Shown one piece after another: positions 47,857-57,872 of a DNA stretch of 64,000 nucleotides. The stretch is from Candidatus Latescibacterota bacterium (GTDB lineage Bacteria; Latescibacterota; UBA2968), in the NCBI GenBank assembly GCA_965205975.1, contig OZ242195.1, forward strand, positions 832,001 through 896,000. The letters are read 5' to 3'. The position numbers and the translations under genes were made by a program. The first letter of the stretch is position 1; the number at the start of each line of letters is the position of its first letter. The notes under the pieces were generated by a model. That model worked only from the letters and a program-made list of their open reading frames with translations, did not search any database and was not told the DNA's origin.

Positions 47857-48378
47857 TTATCGATAAAATGCAAGGCCGAGAGCTGCGGTTACAACAATGG
47901 CCAGAGCGGGATGAAGATTGAGAAAGTTGATAGCTGCAAAAGCAGCAACCGCAATGAGGGCCGTGTGCCAGGAAGTAACAGATTTGGGACACATTTCCCA
48001 GACCACGACGATTAAAAGCCCAACTACTGCCGGACGCACGGCTTTGAGCATGGCCTGTACGAGCGGGGTATCCTTATAGTTCATAAAAAACAAACCGAGG
48101 ACCATCATCATGAGCAATGAGGGGAATACCGTGCCAAAGAGCGCGACCACAAGGCCAGGTGTATCGGCGACCTGGTATCCTATATACGCAGCCATTTTAG
48201 TGGCAATGGGACCGGGAAGTGCATAGCCCATCGCAAGGGCGTCTGTAAATTCTTCTATGGTCATCCAATTATTGTGATCGACGACTTCTTCTTGAATGAG
48301 TGGGATCATCGAAGGACCGCCGCCATAGGCAAAGATGCCGACTTTGGTGAATGAAACAAACAGGTCCCATAGCTTCAT
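47857..48378 (-). CDS. Short-chain chromate transporter (ChrA family)
   Basis: FAYGGG, ALPGPIAT, RPAVVGL. Confidence 0.9.
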   Translation of the reverse strand: MKLWDLFVSFTKVGIFAYGGGPSMIPLIQEEVVDHNNWMTIEEFTDALAMGYALPGPIATKMAAYIGYQVADTPGLVVALFGTVFPSLLMMMVLGLFFMNYKDTPLVQAMLKAVRPAVVGLLIVVVWEMCPKSVTSWHTALIAVAAFAAINFLNLHPALAIVVTAALGLAFYR

Positions 48379-48658
48379 TAAAACGCTCCTTGTAAGCGTA
48401 ACAGATTGTTAAACATCAAGGTTATGAATAAAATCGCTTCTTATAGCGAAATGGAAATATATCCATTTCACGCTTATGAGACAAGGTAAATCACATCGGG
48501 AATCGTCAAAATTGCTACCTGATTTTGCATTGGATTTTTTGCTCAGATTTTTTACATTTGAGCACGATTTTGTTGTGCGTCAATCTATTTTTCTGTAATT
48601 GTGCGGGGAGACGGCGCAATAGAAACGGAATAAGATCTGGTTTAATTTCTATTTATCG

Positions 48659-48687
48659 TTGACAATCCCGGGCCTTTTTCCTATTAT
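48659..48687 (+). promoter_or_regulatory. sigma70 promoter
   Basis: TTGACA-17 nt-TATTAT. Confidence 0.65.
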
Positions 48688-48718
48688 GCCCGCTCTTTTT
48701 TGGCGGCGATTTACTCCC

Positions 48719-49426
48719 ATGTCGGTATTAGAAAAACTCCAAAAAATCTGTGATCAAAATCCGGCGTCCATTTTATTTGCACGTCTGGCAGATGGGTTGT
48801 TGCAGCGTGGAGAGATCGCACGCGCAATTGAGGTTTGCCGCCGCGGATTGCGCTATCGGCCGTCATATACAGCGGGCCATGTGGTAATGGGTAAGTGCTA
48901 CCATGCGGCCGGGGATTATGAAGAAGCGCGTCTGGCGTTTCAAAGGGTATTGCTATTAGATGACGGTCATCTTGCCGCACATTGGTATATGGGCAAAATC
49001 GCTTTGCAATTGGGGCGTGACGACCTCGCGCTCAAATATTTTGAACAGGCTCATGTTCGCGATCCATTTAGTCCCGAACTCATAGATCAGATTCTCAAAC
49101 TCAAGGGTGAGGCGGTTGAAGAGGAGCAGGACAACGGCCCTGAGTCTGGCGGTTCTGAAGTCGTATCTGGAAGCGAGGCATTTGCTCAGGCGCTTTTAGA
49201 AGAAGATGACGAAGACGATTTGGATGCGCTGGTTATGTCTCTTAAACGCGAGCCAAAATCTGGGGAAGAGGCTCCTGTTATAGCAACGACCACGCTGGCG
49301 GAGCTATACGCGAGTCAGGGCCTTATTCCGGAGGCCATCGCAGTTTTGGAACAGGTGATTGCACGCGAGCCCGACAATGAGCATATTATTGCCCGCCTAT
49401 ATGAGTTGCGGAATTTATCGGAATAA
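48719..49426 (+). CDS. Tetratricopeptide repeat protein
   Basis: FARLAD, several TPR helices, acidic linker, C-terminal TTTLAELYASQG. Confidence 0.85.
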   Translation: MSVLEKLQKICDQNPASILFARLADGLLQRGEIARAIEVCRRGLRYRPSYTAGHVVMGKCYHAAGDYEEARLAFQRVLLLDDGHLAAHWYMGKIALQLGRDDLALKYFEQAHVRDPFSPELIDQILKLKGEAVEEEQDNGPESGGSEVVSGSEAFAQALLEEDDEDDLDALVMSLKREPKSGEEAPVIATTTLAELYASQGLIPEAIAVLEQVIAREPDNEHIIARLYELRNLSE

Positions 49427-49440
49427 GAGGAACTGAGAGC

Positions 49441-50175
49441 ATGAATCAGGAGTATGACGGAATTGCGGAGGCCTATAGGGATTCCAAGCAACTTTCATTT
49501 CGAAAATATATTGAAGAATATACCTTTTTTCATATACTGGGAGATGTCGGAGGGGCAACGGTCCTAGACCTGGCTTGCGGTGAGGGATTTTACACGCGCA
49601 AGATCAAGCGAGCCGGGGCGGAAGAGGTCACAGGCGTCGATCTTTCCGCAGAAATGATCAAGTTGGCAGAAGAAGAAGAACGCATCCGTCCTCTGGGATG
49701 CAAGTACCTGAATCGAGATGTGGCACAGCTCGATATGGCTGAATCTGTCGATATCGTAGTGGCGATATATCTTTTAAATTATGCCAGGACAAAAGAGGAA
49801 CTTCTCAATTTTGTCCTGGTGGCTTATAATAGACTGCGACTGGGGGGGCAATTTGTCGGATTTAATGACAATGTCCAGCATGTTCCCAAGGGAACTACTT
49901 CCTTTGCCCAATACGGATTTGACAAAGTGTGTACTCCTTCTCCTGAAGAGGGCGATATTATTTTGTATCAAATGATCAATGAAGATGGCACGCAGTTTGA
50001 GTTTAAGAATTATTTTCTCAAACCAGAAACGTATCAGTGGGCTTTTCAGAAAGCTGGTTTTTCCGACTTTCAATGGGTCGGTCCGTTTATACATCCATCT
50101 CAGCAGCACAACCCATTTTGGGATGCTTTTATGTCTCATCCTCCACTCATTGGTTTTTGCGCGTCAAAACAATAA
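49441..50175 (+). CDS. Class I SAM-dependent methyltransferase
   Basis: VLDLACGEG, GVDLSAEMI, YLLNYA. Confidence 0.9.
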   Translation: MNQEYDGIAEAYRDSKQLSFRKYIEEYTFFHILGDVGGATVLDLACGEGFYTRKIKRAGAEEVTGVDLSAEMIKLAEEEERIRPLGCKYLNRDVAQLDMAESVDIVVAIYLLNYARTKEELLNFVLVAYNRLRLGGQFVGFNDNVQHVPKGTTSFAQYGFDKVCTPSPEEGDIILYQMINEDGTQFEFKNYFLKPETYQWAFQKAGFSDFQWVGPFIHPSQQHNPFWDAFMSHPPLIGFCASKQ

Positions 50176-50220
50176 GTTCATATCCCAGCAGGGATGATCG
50201 TTGACAATAAAGGATTGTTT

Positions 50221-50778
50221 ATGGTTTCTACTTCTGACTTTCGCAATGGTATGGTTATTCGCCTGGATGGGCAGCTTTTTTTTATGACCGAGTTTGAGCA
50301 TTTTAAGCCCGGCAAAGGTGCTGCGGTCGTGCGCACCAAGCTCAAGAGTGTGAGGTCGGGTGCTGTGATTGACCGCACATTCCGGTCGGGCGACAAAGTA
50401 GATGATGTCCGCCTGGAAAAACGAAAGAGCCAATACTTATATAAACAAGATACATTTTACATTTTTATGGATACTCGCACGTACAACCAATACGAAGTGC
50501 CCACGGAGATTGTGGGTGATGCACAACAGCTGTTGCAGGAAAATGAGATTGTCGATGTACTGATTGCCGAGGGAAATGCCCTGGGTGTGGAACTGCCCAT
50601 TTTTGTGGAATTGAAAGTCGATCAAACCGATCCCGGCTTGCGAGGCGATACGGCCACTGGTGGCACAAAGCCCGCGCGCGTGGAAACCGGGGCGACAGTG
50701 CAGGTTCCGCTATTTGTCGAGATTGGCGATGTGTTGAAAATCGATACGCGCACCCAATCTTATGTCGAACGGGTTTAG
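50221..50778 (+). CDS. efp: Elongation factor P
   Basis: KPGKG, PGLRGDTA, VPLFV. Confidence 0.97.
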   Translation: MVSTSDFRNGMVIRLDGQLFFMTEFEHFKPGKGAAVVRTKLKSVRSGAVIDRTFRSGDKVDDVRLEKRKSQYLYKQDTFYIFMDTRTYNQYEVPTEIVGDAQQLLQENEIVDVLIAEGNALGVELPIFVELKVDQTDPGLRGDTATGGTKPARVETGATVQVPLFVEIGDVLKIDTRTQSYVERV

Positions 50779-50787
50779 GAGATTACT

Positions 50788-51261
50788 GTGAAAATTTCCA
50801 AGCAGATAATAGCGAGTGCAAAAGAACTCATCGACCTGATTGGTGCCGATGATGTGGAGGAAGTTGAAATTGAGCGCAAGCTCTTTGGGCGCGGCCGCAT
50901 TCGCATTGTGCGCGCCAGCCAACAAGCCCCCATTGTGCAAACGCTGGCCGCACCGCCAGCGTCAGCATCTGTTGATGTACCGAAGACTGAAGATGCTATA
51001 AGTGAAGACGATGGGCGCTATCACACTTTGCGCTCGCCTATGGTGGGTATGTTCTACCAATCGCCAAACCCCGAAGCACCGCCTTATGCAACAGAAGGCG
51101 ATGAGGTGGCGAGAGGGCAGACCCTGTGTATTATTGAAGCCATGAAGATTATGAATGAAATCGAGTGTGATGTGAATGGTCGGGTAGTGCGCGTACTGGT
51201 TGAAAATGCCGCGCCCGTCGAATACAACACACCCTTGTTTTTAATTGATCCACAAAAGTAG
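50788..51261 (+). CDS. accB: Biotin carboxyl carrier protein
   Basis: SPMVGMFY, EAMKIMNEIE. Confidence 0.95.
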   Translation: MKISKQIIASAKELIDLIGADDVEEVEIERKLFGRGRIRIVRASQQAPIVQTLAAPPASASVDVPKTEDAISEDDGRYHTLRSPMVGMFYQSPNPEAPPYATEGDEVARGQTLCIIEAMKIMNEIECDVNGRVVRVLVENAAPVEYNTPLFLIDPQK

Positions 51262-51359
51262 TCGTGCCCTTTCAGGGATGCCTATTCGCTTGTTGCCGCT
51301 TGCCCTCTCCCGGCGAATGAGCAGGCCCTATTGACCTTTCCTTTTTTGAGATCATACCT

Positions 51360-52703
51360 TTGTTTGAGAAAGTTCTCATTGCCGACCGCGGCGAGATTGC
51401 TCTGCGTATTATCCGAGCCTGTAAAGAATTAGGCCTGAAAACCGTTGCGGTTTATTCTGAAGCGGATAGCAATTCGCTACATGTCGGTATGGCCGATGAA
51501 GATGTTTGTATTGGTCCGCCCCCCGGCGAGCAAAGCTATCGAAATATTCCGCGGATCTTAAGTGCTGCCGAAGTGACCAATGCCGATGCGATTCATCCGG
51601 GCTATGGCCCTCTGGCCGAGAATGCCGAGTTTGCCGAAATTTGCGGTACCTGCGGCATTGTTTTTATTGGTCCGTCTGCAGAATCGATACGCAAGATGGG
51701 CGATAAGGCTATCGCACGAGAGACCATGCAAGGAGCCGGTGTGCCCGTTGCGCCGGGTACGGGGGTTTTGGAGAGTTATGAGGAAGCCCGTGAAGTTGCG
51801 CGTGACATTGGATATCCCGTGCGCCTCAAAGCCGTGGCAGGCGGAGGCGGACGGGGGATGCGTACTGTATTTTCAGAGAGCGAGTTAGAACGCGCATGGC
51901 AAATGGCACAGGCCGAGGCACAGGCGGCGTTTACATCTGGCGCGCTCTATTTGGAAAAAGAGATTGTGCAGCCCCGGCATGTGGAGATTCAAGTGTTGGG
52001 AGATTTGGCGGGGCGTATTGTGCATTTGGGGGAACGAGAGTGTTCGGTTCAGCGACGGCACCAAAAGCTTATTGAAGAGTCGCCTTCACCCGCAGTTGAT
52101 GACGTCATGCGCCTGCGTATGGGAGAGGCGGCTATCAAAGGTGCTCTCGCGGTTGGATATGCCAGTGCTGGCACGGTTGAGTTTTTGCTCGACGCTTCCG
52201 GGGATTTTTATTTTTTAGAAATGAATACGCGGATCCAGGTTGAGCATCCGGTTACAGAGACGGTGGCAAGTCTCGATCTGGTCAAATGGCAGATCCGTAT
52301 CGCAGCCGGTGCTTCTCTTTCATTTTCTCAAGATCTATTTGATTTCAAAGGGCATGCTATTGAGTGTCGAATCAATGCCGAAGATCCAGAGCATAATTTC
52401 AGGCCCTCGCCCGGCACAATTACGTCCCTTCACATGCCGGGTGGTCCGGGCATTCGCATTGATTCACACGTATATACGGGATATACGGTTCCGCCGCAGT
52501 ACGATTCCCTTTTGGCCAAGCTCATCGGATATGGGGACACGCGCGATGAGGCAATTGCGCGGGTGATACGCGCGCTCGAAGAGTTTGTGATCGAAGGTGT
52601 GCCAACGACTATTCCCTTTCACCTCCATGCTTTGCAACACGAGGATTTTAGAACGGGACGGGCAACAACAGAATTTGTGAATAAATTGGGCTATGGTGGG
52701 TGA
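51360..52703 (+). CDS. accC: Biotin carboxylase
   Basis: [43 protein letters not shown]. Confidence 0.97.
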   Translation: MFEKVLIADRGEIALRIIRACKELGLKTVAVYSEADSNSLHVGMADEDVCIGPPPGEQSYRNIPRILSAAEVTNADAIHPGYGPLAENAEFAEICGTCGIVFIGPSAESIRKMGDKAIARETMQGAGVPVAPGTGVLESYEEAREVARDIGYPVRLKAVAGGGGRGMRTVFSESELERAWQMAQAEAQAAFTSGALYLEKEIVQPRHVEIQVLGDLAGRIVHLGERECSVQRRHQKLIEESPSPAVDDVMRLRMGEAAIKGALAVGYASAGTVEFLLDASGDFYFLEMNTRIQVEHPVTETVASLDLVKWQIRIAAGASLSFSQDLFDFKGHAIECRINAEDPEHNFRPSPGTITSLHMPGGPGIRIDSHVYTGYTVPPQYDSLLAKLIGYGDTRDEAIARVIRALEEFVIEGVPTTIPFHLHALQHEDFRTGRATTEFVNKLGYGG

Positions 52704-52745
52704 ATCCCATTCTCAGCTATAGGCAAAGGTATAAAGGAGCAGAAA

Positions 52746-53129
52746 ATGTCGGAGATTCCAGAAGATTTACTTTTTAACAGCGACCACGATTGGGTTCGGA
52801 TTGAGGGCGATACGGGCACATGCGGGATTACGGATTACGCGCAGGGAGAGCTGGGCGATATTGTGTTTTTAGAATTGCCAGAGCCTGGCGATTTTGTTAC
52901 CCAGGGGGAATCCTATGGCATAATTGAGGCGGTTAAGACTGTGTCCGATCTCATTGCACCGGTTTCGGGTGAGGTGGTTGATGTCAATACCCAGTTGACA
53001 GATGATGCTGCTCTGGTTAATGACGAGCCTTATGGAGAGGGATGGATGATTCAGGTGCGCCTTTCAGATCCTACAGAGACAGAGTTTTTAATGGACGCCC
53101 AGGCCTATGCGGGCCTGGTTGATGAATAA
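52746..53129 (+). CDS. gcvH: Glycine cleavage system H protein
   Basis: GITDYAQGELGDIVF, EAVKT lipoyl lysine, PYGEGW. Confidence 0.96.
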   Translation: MSEIPEDLLFNSDHDWVRIEGDTGTCGITDYAQGELGDIVFLELPEPGDFVTQGESYGIIEAVKTVSDLIAPVSGEVVDVNTQLTDDAALVNDEPYGEGWMIQVRLSDPTETEFLMDAQAYAGLVDE

Positions 53130-53177
53130 GGGATGTTGTGCTATTTTGCTCGATCTGTGAGAAAGAGGAGTTGTGCG

Positions 53178-53320
53178 ATGCGTATTCGAATGAGTGTCAA
53201 TACTGAGTTTGAAGACCAATTTTGGCCTGCCACCGACAAATTTTGAGGTATCATGGATGCGGCCGAGTACAAGCCTATTGTGCTCGGCTTTATTTTTTGA
53301 TTACATTTTAGAGACACCTT
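53178..53320 (+). pseudogene. hsdM: Relic of type I restriction-modification M subunit N-terminus
   Basis: Translates FEDQFWPATDKF*GIMDAAEYKPIVLGFIF*LH, matching the HsdM_N pattern LWxxADxLRGxMDAxEYKxxVLGLIFLKY with two in-frame stops. Confidence 0.75.
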
Positions 53321-53386
53321 GCGACCTGAGCGTTTATCAGGCAAAATCTGCCTATGCGAAGCAGAGAAATTGATAGAGACAAAGAT

Positions 53387-53703
53387 ATGAGCAATACGAC
53401 ACCATCTATTGTGCCCGATAACCTCCGTCCGTATCTGACTGAGATTGCAGAGCGGCTTTGGTCAGGCCGTGCGGCTGTCATGGTCGGGGCTGGATTTAGC
53501 AAAAATGCCACGCAAAACAGTACTTCAGACTCTGGTTTTCCTGACTGGTCTCAACTTGGCGATCTGTTTTACGAGAAAATCCATGGCAGAAAACCTGAGA
53601 CTCAAAGCAAATATCTCAATGTGCTTAAACTGGCAGATGAGGTGCAGGCCGCGTTTGGACGGTCCGCGCTGAATCAGATATTGCGCGATGCCATTCCAGA
53701 TTA
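53387..53703 (+). pseudogene. SIR2-domain (Dsr1-like) defence protein, N-terminal fragment cut by IS3
   Basis: AAVMVGAGFSKNA...FPDWSQLG...LKLADEVQAAFGRSAL sirtuin start; ends at the IS left end. Confidence 0.8.
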
Positions 53704-54904
53704 TGAGGTGCGCCCCATTATTTGACCCGGTATAAAGGCTAATGAACGGGGCTGAACATCGCCCCGTTTTACCCCGCTTGACATTGGGTGTCAGCGTGGT
53801 ATTTTCTCACCAACAGGAGGAGATACCATGGGTAAGAAAACCAAGAAGTCCTACTCGGCAAAACTCAAGTTCCAGATCGTGTTAGAGGCATTGACCTCGG
53901 AGCAAGAGGATGCAGAAATCGCTCGCGCTTACGGTGTGCATCCGGTGAGTCTATCAAACTGGAAACGTCAGTTTATAGACAGTGGTGCAGAGATTTTCTC
54001 TGGTAATGATACCGTCAAGACGTATGAAGCGCGTGTGTCTGATCTGGAGCGCCTGTTAGGTCAGAAAGAAGTCGAACTGGCCTTGCTCAAAAATTTTTTA
54101 GGCAACCGTTGAGCGTGTCAGACAAAGTAGAACTGGTCGAAAAGCATAAGGACAGGTATGGTCTGAATATGTGCTGCCGTGCCTTAGGCTTGTCAAAAGG
54201 GACGCTTGCCTATCGTCGCGGTCGGGCCTCTTGTTCTCAGGCAGATGAACAGATAAAGGCTGAGATCGTCACCACAATCCGGCATCACCCCGATTATGGG
54301 TATCGTCGCATCAAGGAAGACCTGATAGCGCGTGCTGGCATCGTGGTCAATCATAAGCGGTTACGTAAGATATTGTCAACGTATGAGTTAGACTTACCTC
54401 GTCATCTGCCAAAACGCGGCAAGAATCCGGTATTGAAGCTGATAAGCGAGGTGGGACAAGACGCCAATTTAGTTCAGAACCGCACCGTTGATCCCTTGCG
54501 AGTCTTTTGCACCGACTTTACAGAATTGCTCTATTGCCAAGGACAGAAAAAAGCGTGGTTAATGGCGTTTTTGGACATCCACACCAGGTGGATCGCAGGC
54601 TTTGGCGTGGGCGCACATCGCAACCGTGACCTGGCGATTTATTGTTTGGATCAGTTACAAAACAACCTGAGTTGTTTGGACAGGAGACTGTCTGACATCC
54701 TCATCCATCACGACCGCGATTCGGTTTATACCTCATACGACTGGTTACATCGTGTGTTGATTGAAGAACGTGCAGGGATTTCTTTTGCGATGAATGGGGC
54801 AAAAGATAATCCGTGGATAGAGTCCTTTTGGGGACGTTTTAAGACGGAAAACAAGACTTTGATTATGCACGCAGAATCTTTGACAGAACTTATCTGTGTG
54901 ATGT
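53704..54904 (+). mobile_element. IS3-family element, right end deleted
   Basis: Left end TGAGGTGCGCCCC; orfA and orfB; orfB lacks the terminal YN..R.H segment; no right IR. Confidence 0.85.
53828..54112 (+). CDS. IS3 transposase OrfA
   Basis: YSAKLKFQIVLE HTH; AAAAATTTTTTA slippery site at its end. Confidence 0.88.
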   Translation: MGKKTKKSYSAKLKFQIVLEALTSEQEDAEIARAYGVHPVSLSNWKRQFIDSGAEIFSGNDTVKTYEARVSDLERLLGQKEVELALLKNFLGNR

Positions 54905-54912
54905 GGAAATGA
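54109..54912 (+). pseudogene. IS3 transposase OrfB, C-terminally truncated
   Basis: YGYRRI, VNHKRL, TDFTE, HHDRDSVY, NPWIESFWGRFKTE. Confidence 0.85.
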
Positions 54913-56230
54913 CCGAGTTGGTCAACGCGCACGCAAGATCAATTCTCTATTTCGGCAGATCGTTGAAAATGGTTACAAAGTGATTCGGGAAGACGGTCCA
55001 CCAGTTAAGCTTATATTAGGATCGTCCAATGTACCAGGTAATGAGTTGAAAGGTCGTCTTGATTACAGCAATCCTGATGATGAGATTGTAGGCTTTCTGC
55101 ATAAATACAAGCAGCAATATCCTGAAGCAGATGCCCGTCTTCTTACTCATGATACTGGGCCAATGATGACTGCCAAAAGTCTTAATATACCATTTGTGCC
55201 TGTGAAAGATGATTGGCTGCTACCGCCCGAAAGTAACCAAGTAGAAAGAGAAAATCGACGGCTAAGAGAAGAGGTGAATCGCCTGAGGAAAGCCGAGCCT
55301 CAGTTTCAGATTAAGTGTGTTGATGATAATGATATAGAAGTCTCCGAACTTAATACGGAGTACCAAGTCTATGAACCGTTGACCAAAGATGACCTCTCGA
55401 CATTCATGGACTTGATAAGGAAACGATTTCCAATTGTCACCGATTTTGAGCCGAGCAAACCGCCTGATAGAGAGTCGTCATTCTCGATAGCAACAGGCAT
55501 TTCTAATGAATTTGTTTATACGCCCGATTCAGAAAAGGCGATTGCCAACTATCAAGATCAAGAGTATCCGCATTGGATAAATAGCTGCAAGAATGTGTTA
55601 TCTAACCTTCATGAAACATTGCAGTACAAGACAAAGCCTCTCTCTTTCTGCTTTGTGGCCGCAAACGAAGGAACCCGCCCAGGGAAAGACACTTTGGTAG
55701 ATATTATAGCAAGGGGAAACTTCAAAATCTGTCCGCTCCGAATGGAAGAAGTGGAGATATATACAGAACCCAGCCTCCAATCTCCACCAAAACCACCTCG
55801 AGTTCAATGGATGGATCGACCCCTAATACATAGACCTCTAATAGACATTGCTACAAATTCCATCACACCAATAGCCCCTATGAAAGACTTATCTACATAT
55901 CATAGATTAATGTCGCCAATAGCTAACCGACATTTTCAAGGCGATCCGAATACCTTTTACTATAAGCCAGAGAAACCGACGATGCCCGTAGAGTCGTTCA
56001 GCTTGGAGTGTAAACAGTGGCGTCACGGAATCGGTGACAAAGATTTCAGGGGACAAATCTCTCTTGACGGTGATACCAATCAGATTTGTGGGGCGGTCGA
56101 ATTTCAAATTCACGCCGAAAATCTATCGAGTCCCGTCAAAAAGGTCCTTCCCATAAGAATTTCAATTAAAAGAGTAAGTACAAAAGATTATGCTCAGGTT
56201 CTTATAGAGGATTTATTTAATTCAAATTAG
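54905..56230 (+). pseudogene. PIN-domain protein, N-terminally truncated
   Basis: Open frame extends upstream of GTG 54980 (GNDRVGQRARK); PIN C-terminal motifs DDEIV and LLTHDTG are present, but the first PIN Asp strand is missing. Confidence 0.65.
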
Positions 56231-56239
56231 GTAAGCGGT

Positions 56240-57706
56240 ATGACGCGATCTGATCTCCTCTCCCAAATAGCCCTGGGCGAAGACAGCACTCGCCAGTTCA
56301 AGGTTGATGTGCGTAATGCCGCATCATTGGCCTCTGAGATGGCGGCGTTTGCCAATTCCAATGGGGGTACGATTTTTATTGGGGTAGCGGATGACGGCAC
56401 CACACCAGGGCTTGCTATGGCGGATGTTTCCCGCATCAACCAACTCATCAGCAATGCCGCGAGTCAATTGGTGCGTAGTCCTTTGATCGTGCAGACAGAG
56501 AATGTGGCACTGGACAATGGCTGCCTCGTGATTGTGCTAACTGTGCCTAAAGGGATTGACAAACCCTATTTCGACAATAACGGGGTAATCTGGCTGAAGA
56601 CCGGGGCAGATAAGCGACGGGTGAACTCCAAGGAAGAACTGCGTCGGCTGTTCCAGATCTCCGCGCAGTTTTATGCAGATGAATTACCCACCCAGGCGGA
56701 CGTTGACAAATTGGATAAATTGCGCTTTCGCGATTTTTTGCGCGAGGTCCACAATCAGGAATACCCGGACTCCTCCGAAGAAATAGTCCGCCTGCTCCAA
56801 AACATGAATCTCGCCACTGAGGATGGGTATTTGAATCTGGCGGGTGTGCTGATGTTCGCTGAACAGCCGGAGTGGATCACGCCGCAGTTCGTCGTAAAAG
56901 CTATTTGCTATCCCGGCAACAAAATTCACGCCACAGACTATATCGATACCGAGGATTTCGCCGGGCCGTTGCCCAAGATCTTTGATGATACTCTGGCTTT
57001 TATCATGCGTAACTTACACAAGGTGCAGGCTGGACGCGGTGTAAATGCGCCGGGATTGCCAGAAGTTCCGATAAGCGTGTTCGAAGAGTTGCTGGTCAAT
57101 GCGCTGGTGCATCGAGACTATCTGATAAGTGCTCCGATTCGCCTGTTCATTTTTGACAACCGCATTGAAATCATCAGCCCCGGTCATTTGCCCAACAACT
57201 TGACCGTTGAAAAAATTCTATCCGGTAATTCTAATATCCGCAATCCAATTTTGGTTTCTTATGTAGCCAAAGGACTGTTGCCCTATCACGGGTTGGGTTC
57301 TGGAATCAAACGTGTCTTGGATGCATGGCCGCAGATCGATTTTGTGGATGACCATGAGGGTAACTTATTTACTGCAACGGTTCACCGAAAACCCGTAGAA
57401 GAGCTAAGATTGGTGGATGTTTTGCCAAAAAGTTCGGAGAAAAGTTCGGAGAAAGATCAAAATTTAGAAAAAAGTTCGGAGAAAAGTTCGGAGAAAGATC
57501 AAAATTTAGAAAAAAGTTCGGAGAAAACCGATGTCGAGATTTTGACCAGACTCGCGGAAAATCCCGACATGACGATTTCCAAACTCGCTGGAATACTCGG
57601 TATCACCACGCGGGCTATCGAAAAACAGCTTGCCAAACTCCAAGAACAAGGCCGCCTGCGTCGCGTTGGGTCAGCCAGAGGGGGGCACTGGGAGGTACTG
57701 AATTGA
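56240..57706 (+). CDS. AlbA_2/Schlafen + HATPase_c_4 + wHTH protein (RecG-like transcriptional regulator annotation)
   Basis: GEDSTRQFK, AFANSNGGTIFIGVADDG, ELLVNALVHRDY, DNRIEIISPG, RNP, GSG, C-terminal HTH RRVGSARGGHWEV. Confidence 0.9.
   Translation: MTRSDLLSQIALGEDSTRQFKVDVRNAASLASEMAAFANSNGGTIFIGVADDGTTPGLAMADVSRINQLISNAASQLVRSPLIVQTENVALDNGCLVIVLTVPKGIDKPYFDNNGVIWLKTGADKRRVNSKEELRRLFQISAQFYADELPTQADVDKLDKLRFRDFLREVHNQEYPDSSEEIVRLLQNMNLATEDGYLNLAGVLMFAEQPEWITPQFVVKAICYPGNKIHATDYIDTEDFAGPLPKIFDDTLAFIMRNLHKVQAGRGVNAPGLPEVPISVFEELLVNALVHRDYLISAPIRLFIFDNRIEIISPGHLPNNLTVEKILSGNSNIRNPILVSYVAKGLLPYHGLGSGIKRVLDAWPQIDFVDDHEGNLFTATVHRKPVEELRLVDVLPKSSEKSSEKDQNLEKSSEKSSEKDQNLEKSSEKTDVEILTRLAENPDMTISKLAGILGITTRAIEKQLAKLQEQGRLRRVGSARGGHWEVLN
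57428..57526 (+). repeat. In-frame tandem repeat (42-nt unit x2 plus partial; nested 12-nt unit)
   Basis: AAAAGTTCGGAGAAAAGTTCGGAGAAAGATCAAAATTTAGAA repeated; encodes KSSEKSSEKDQNLE. Confidence 0.95.
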
Positions 57707-57872
57707 CCCATATCACCGCGCATACTTGCCGAAATGCATCGCGTTAAGGCTTTAGACCGAGAAATGTCAGAGAATAAGGCTTGACACCTTGTAGTCAATA
57801 CAATATATCATGAAGATTTATATTAGAGAGTGGATGGGAGAAGGCTAATCGCTATTTTTGAGGTGCTTTATC

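Noticed and set aside
48390..48416. BirA operator for bioB
   Set aside because: Arms and spacing do not fit TGTAAAC-N14/16-GTTTACA.
54919..54936. GGTCAACGCGCACGCA as the IS3 right inverted repeat
   Set aside because: Spacing does not match the left IR, and the sequence reads naturally as PIN coding sequence (VGQRARK).
57428..57526. Repeat as a CRISPR array
   Set aside because: No unique spacers, in frame inside a CDS, and no cas genes in the window.
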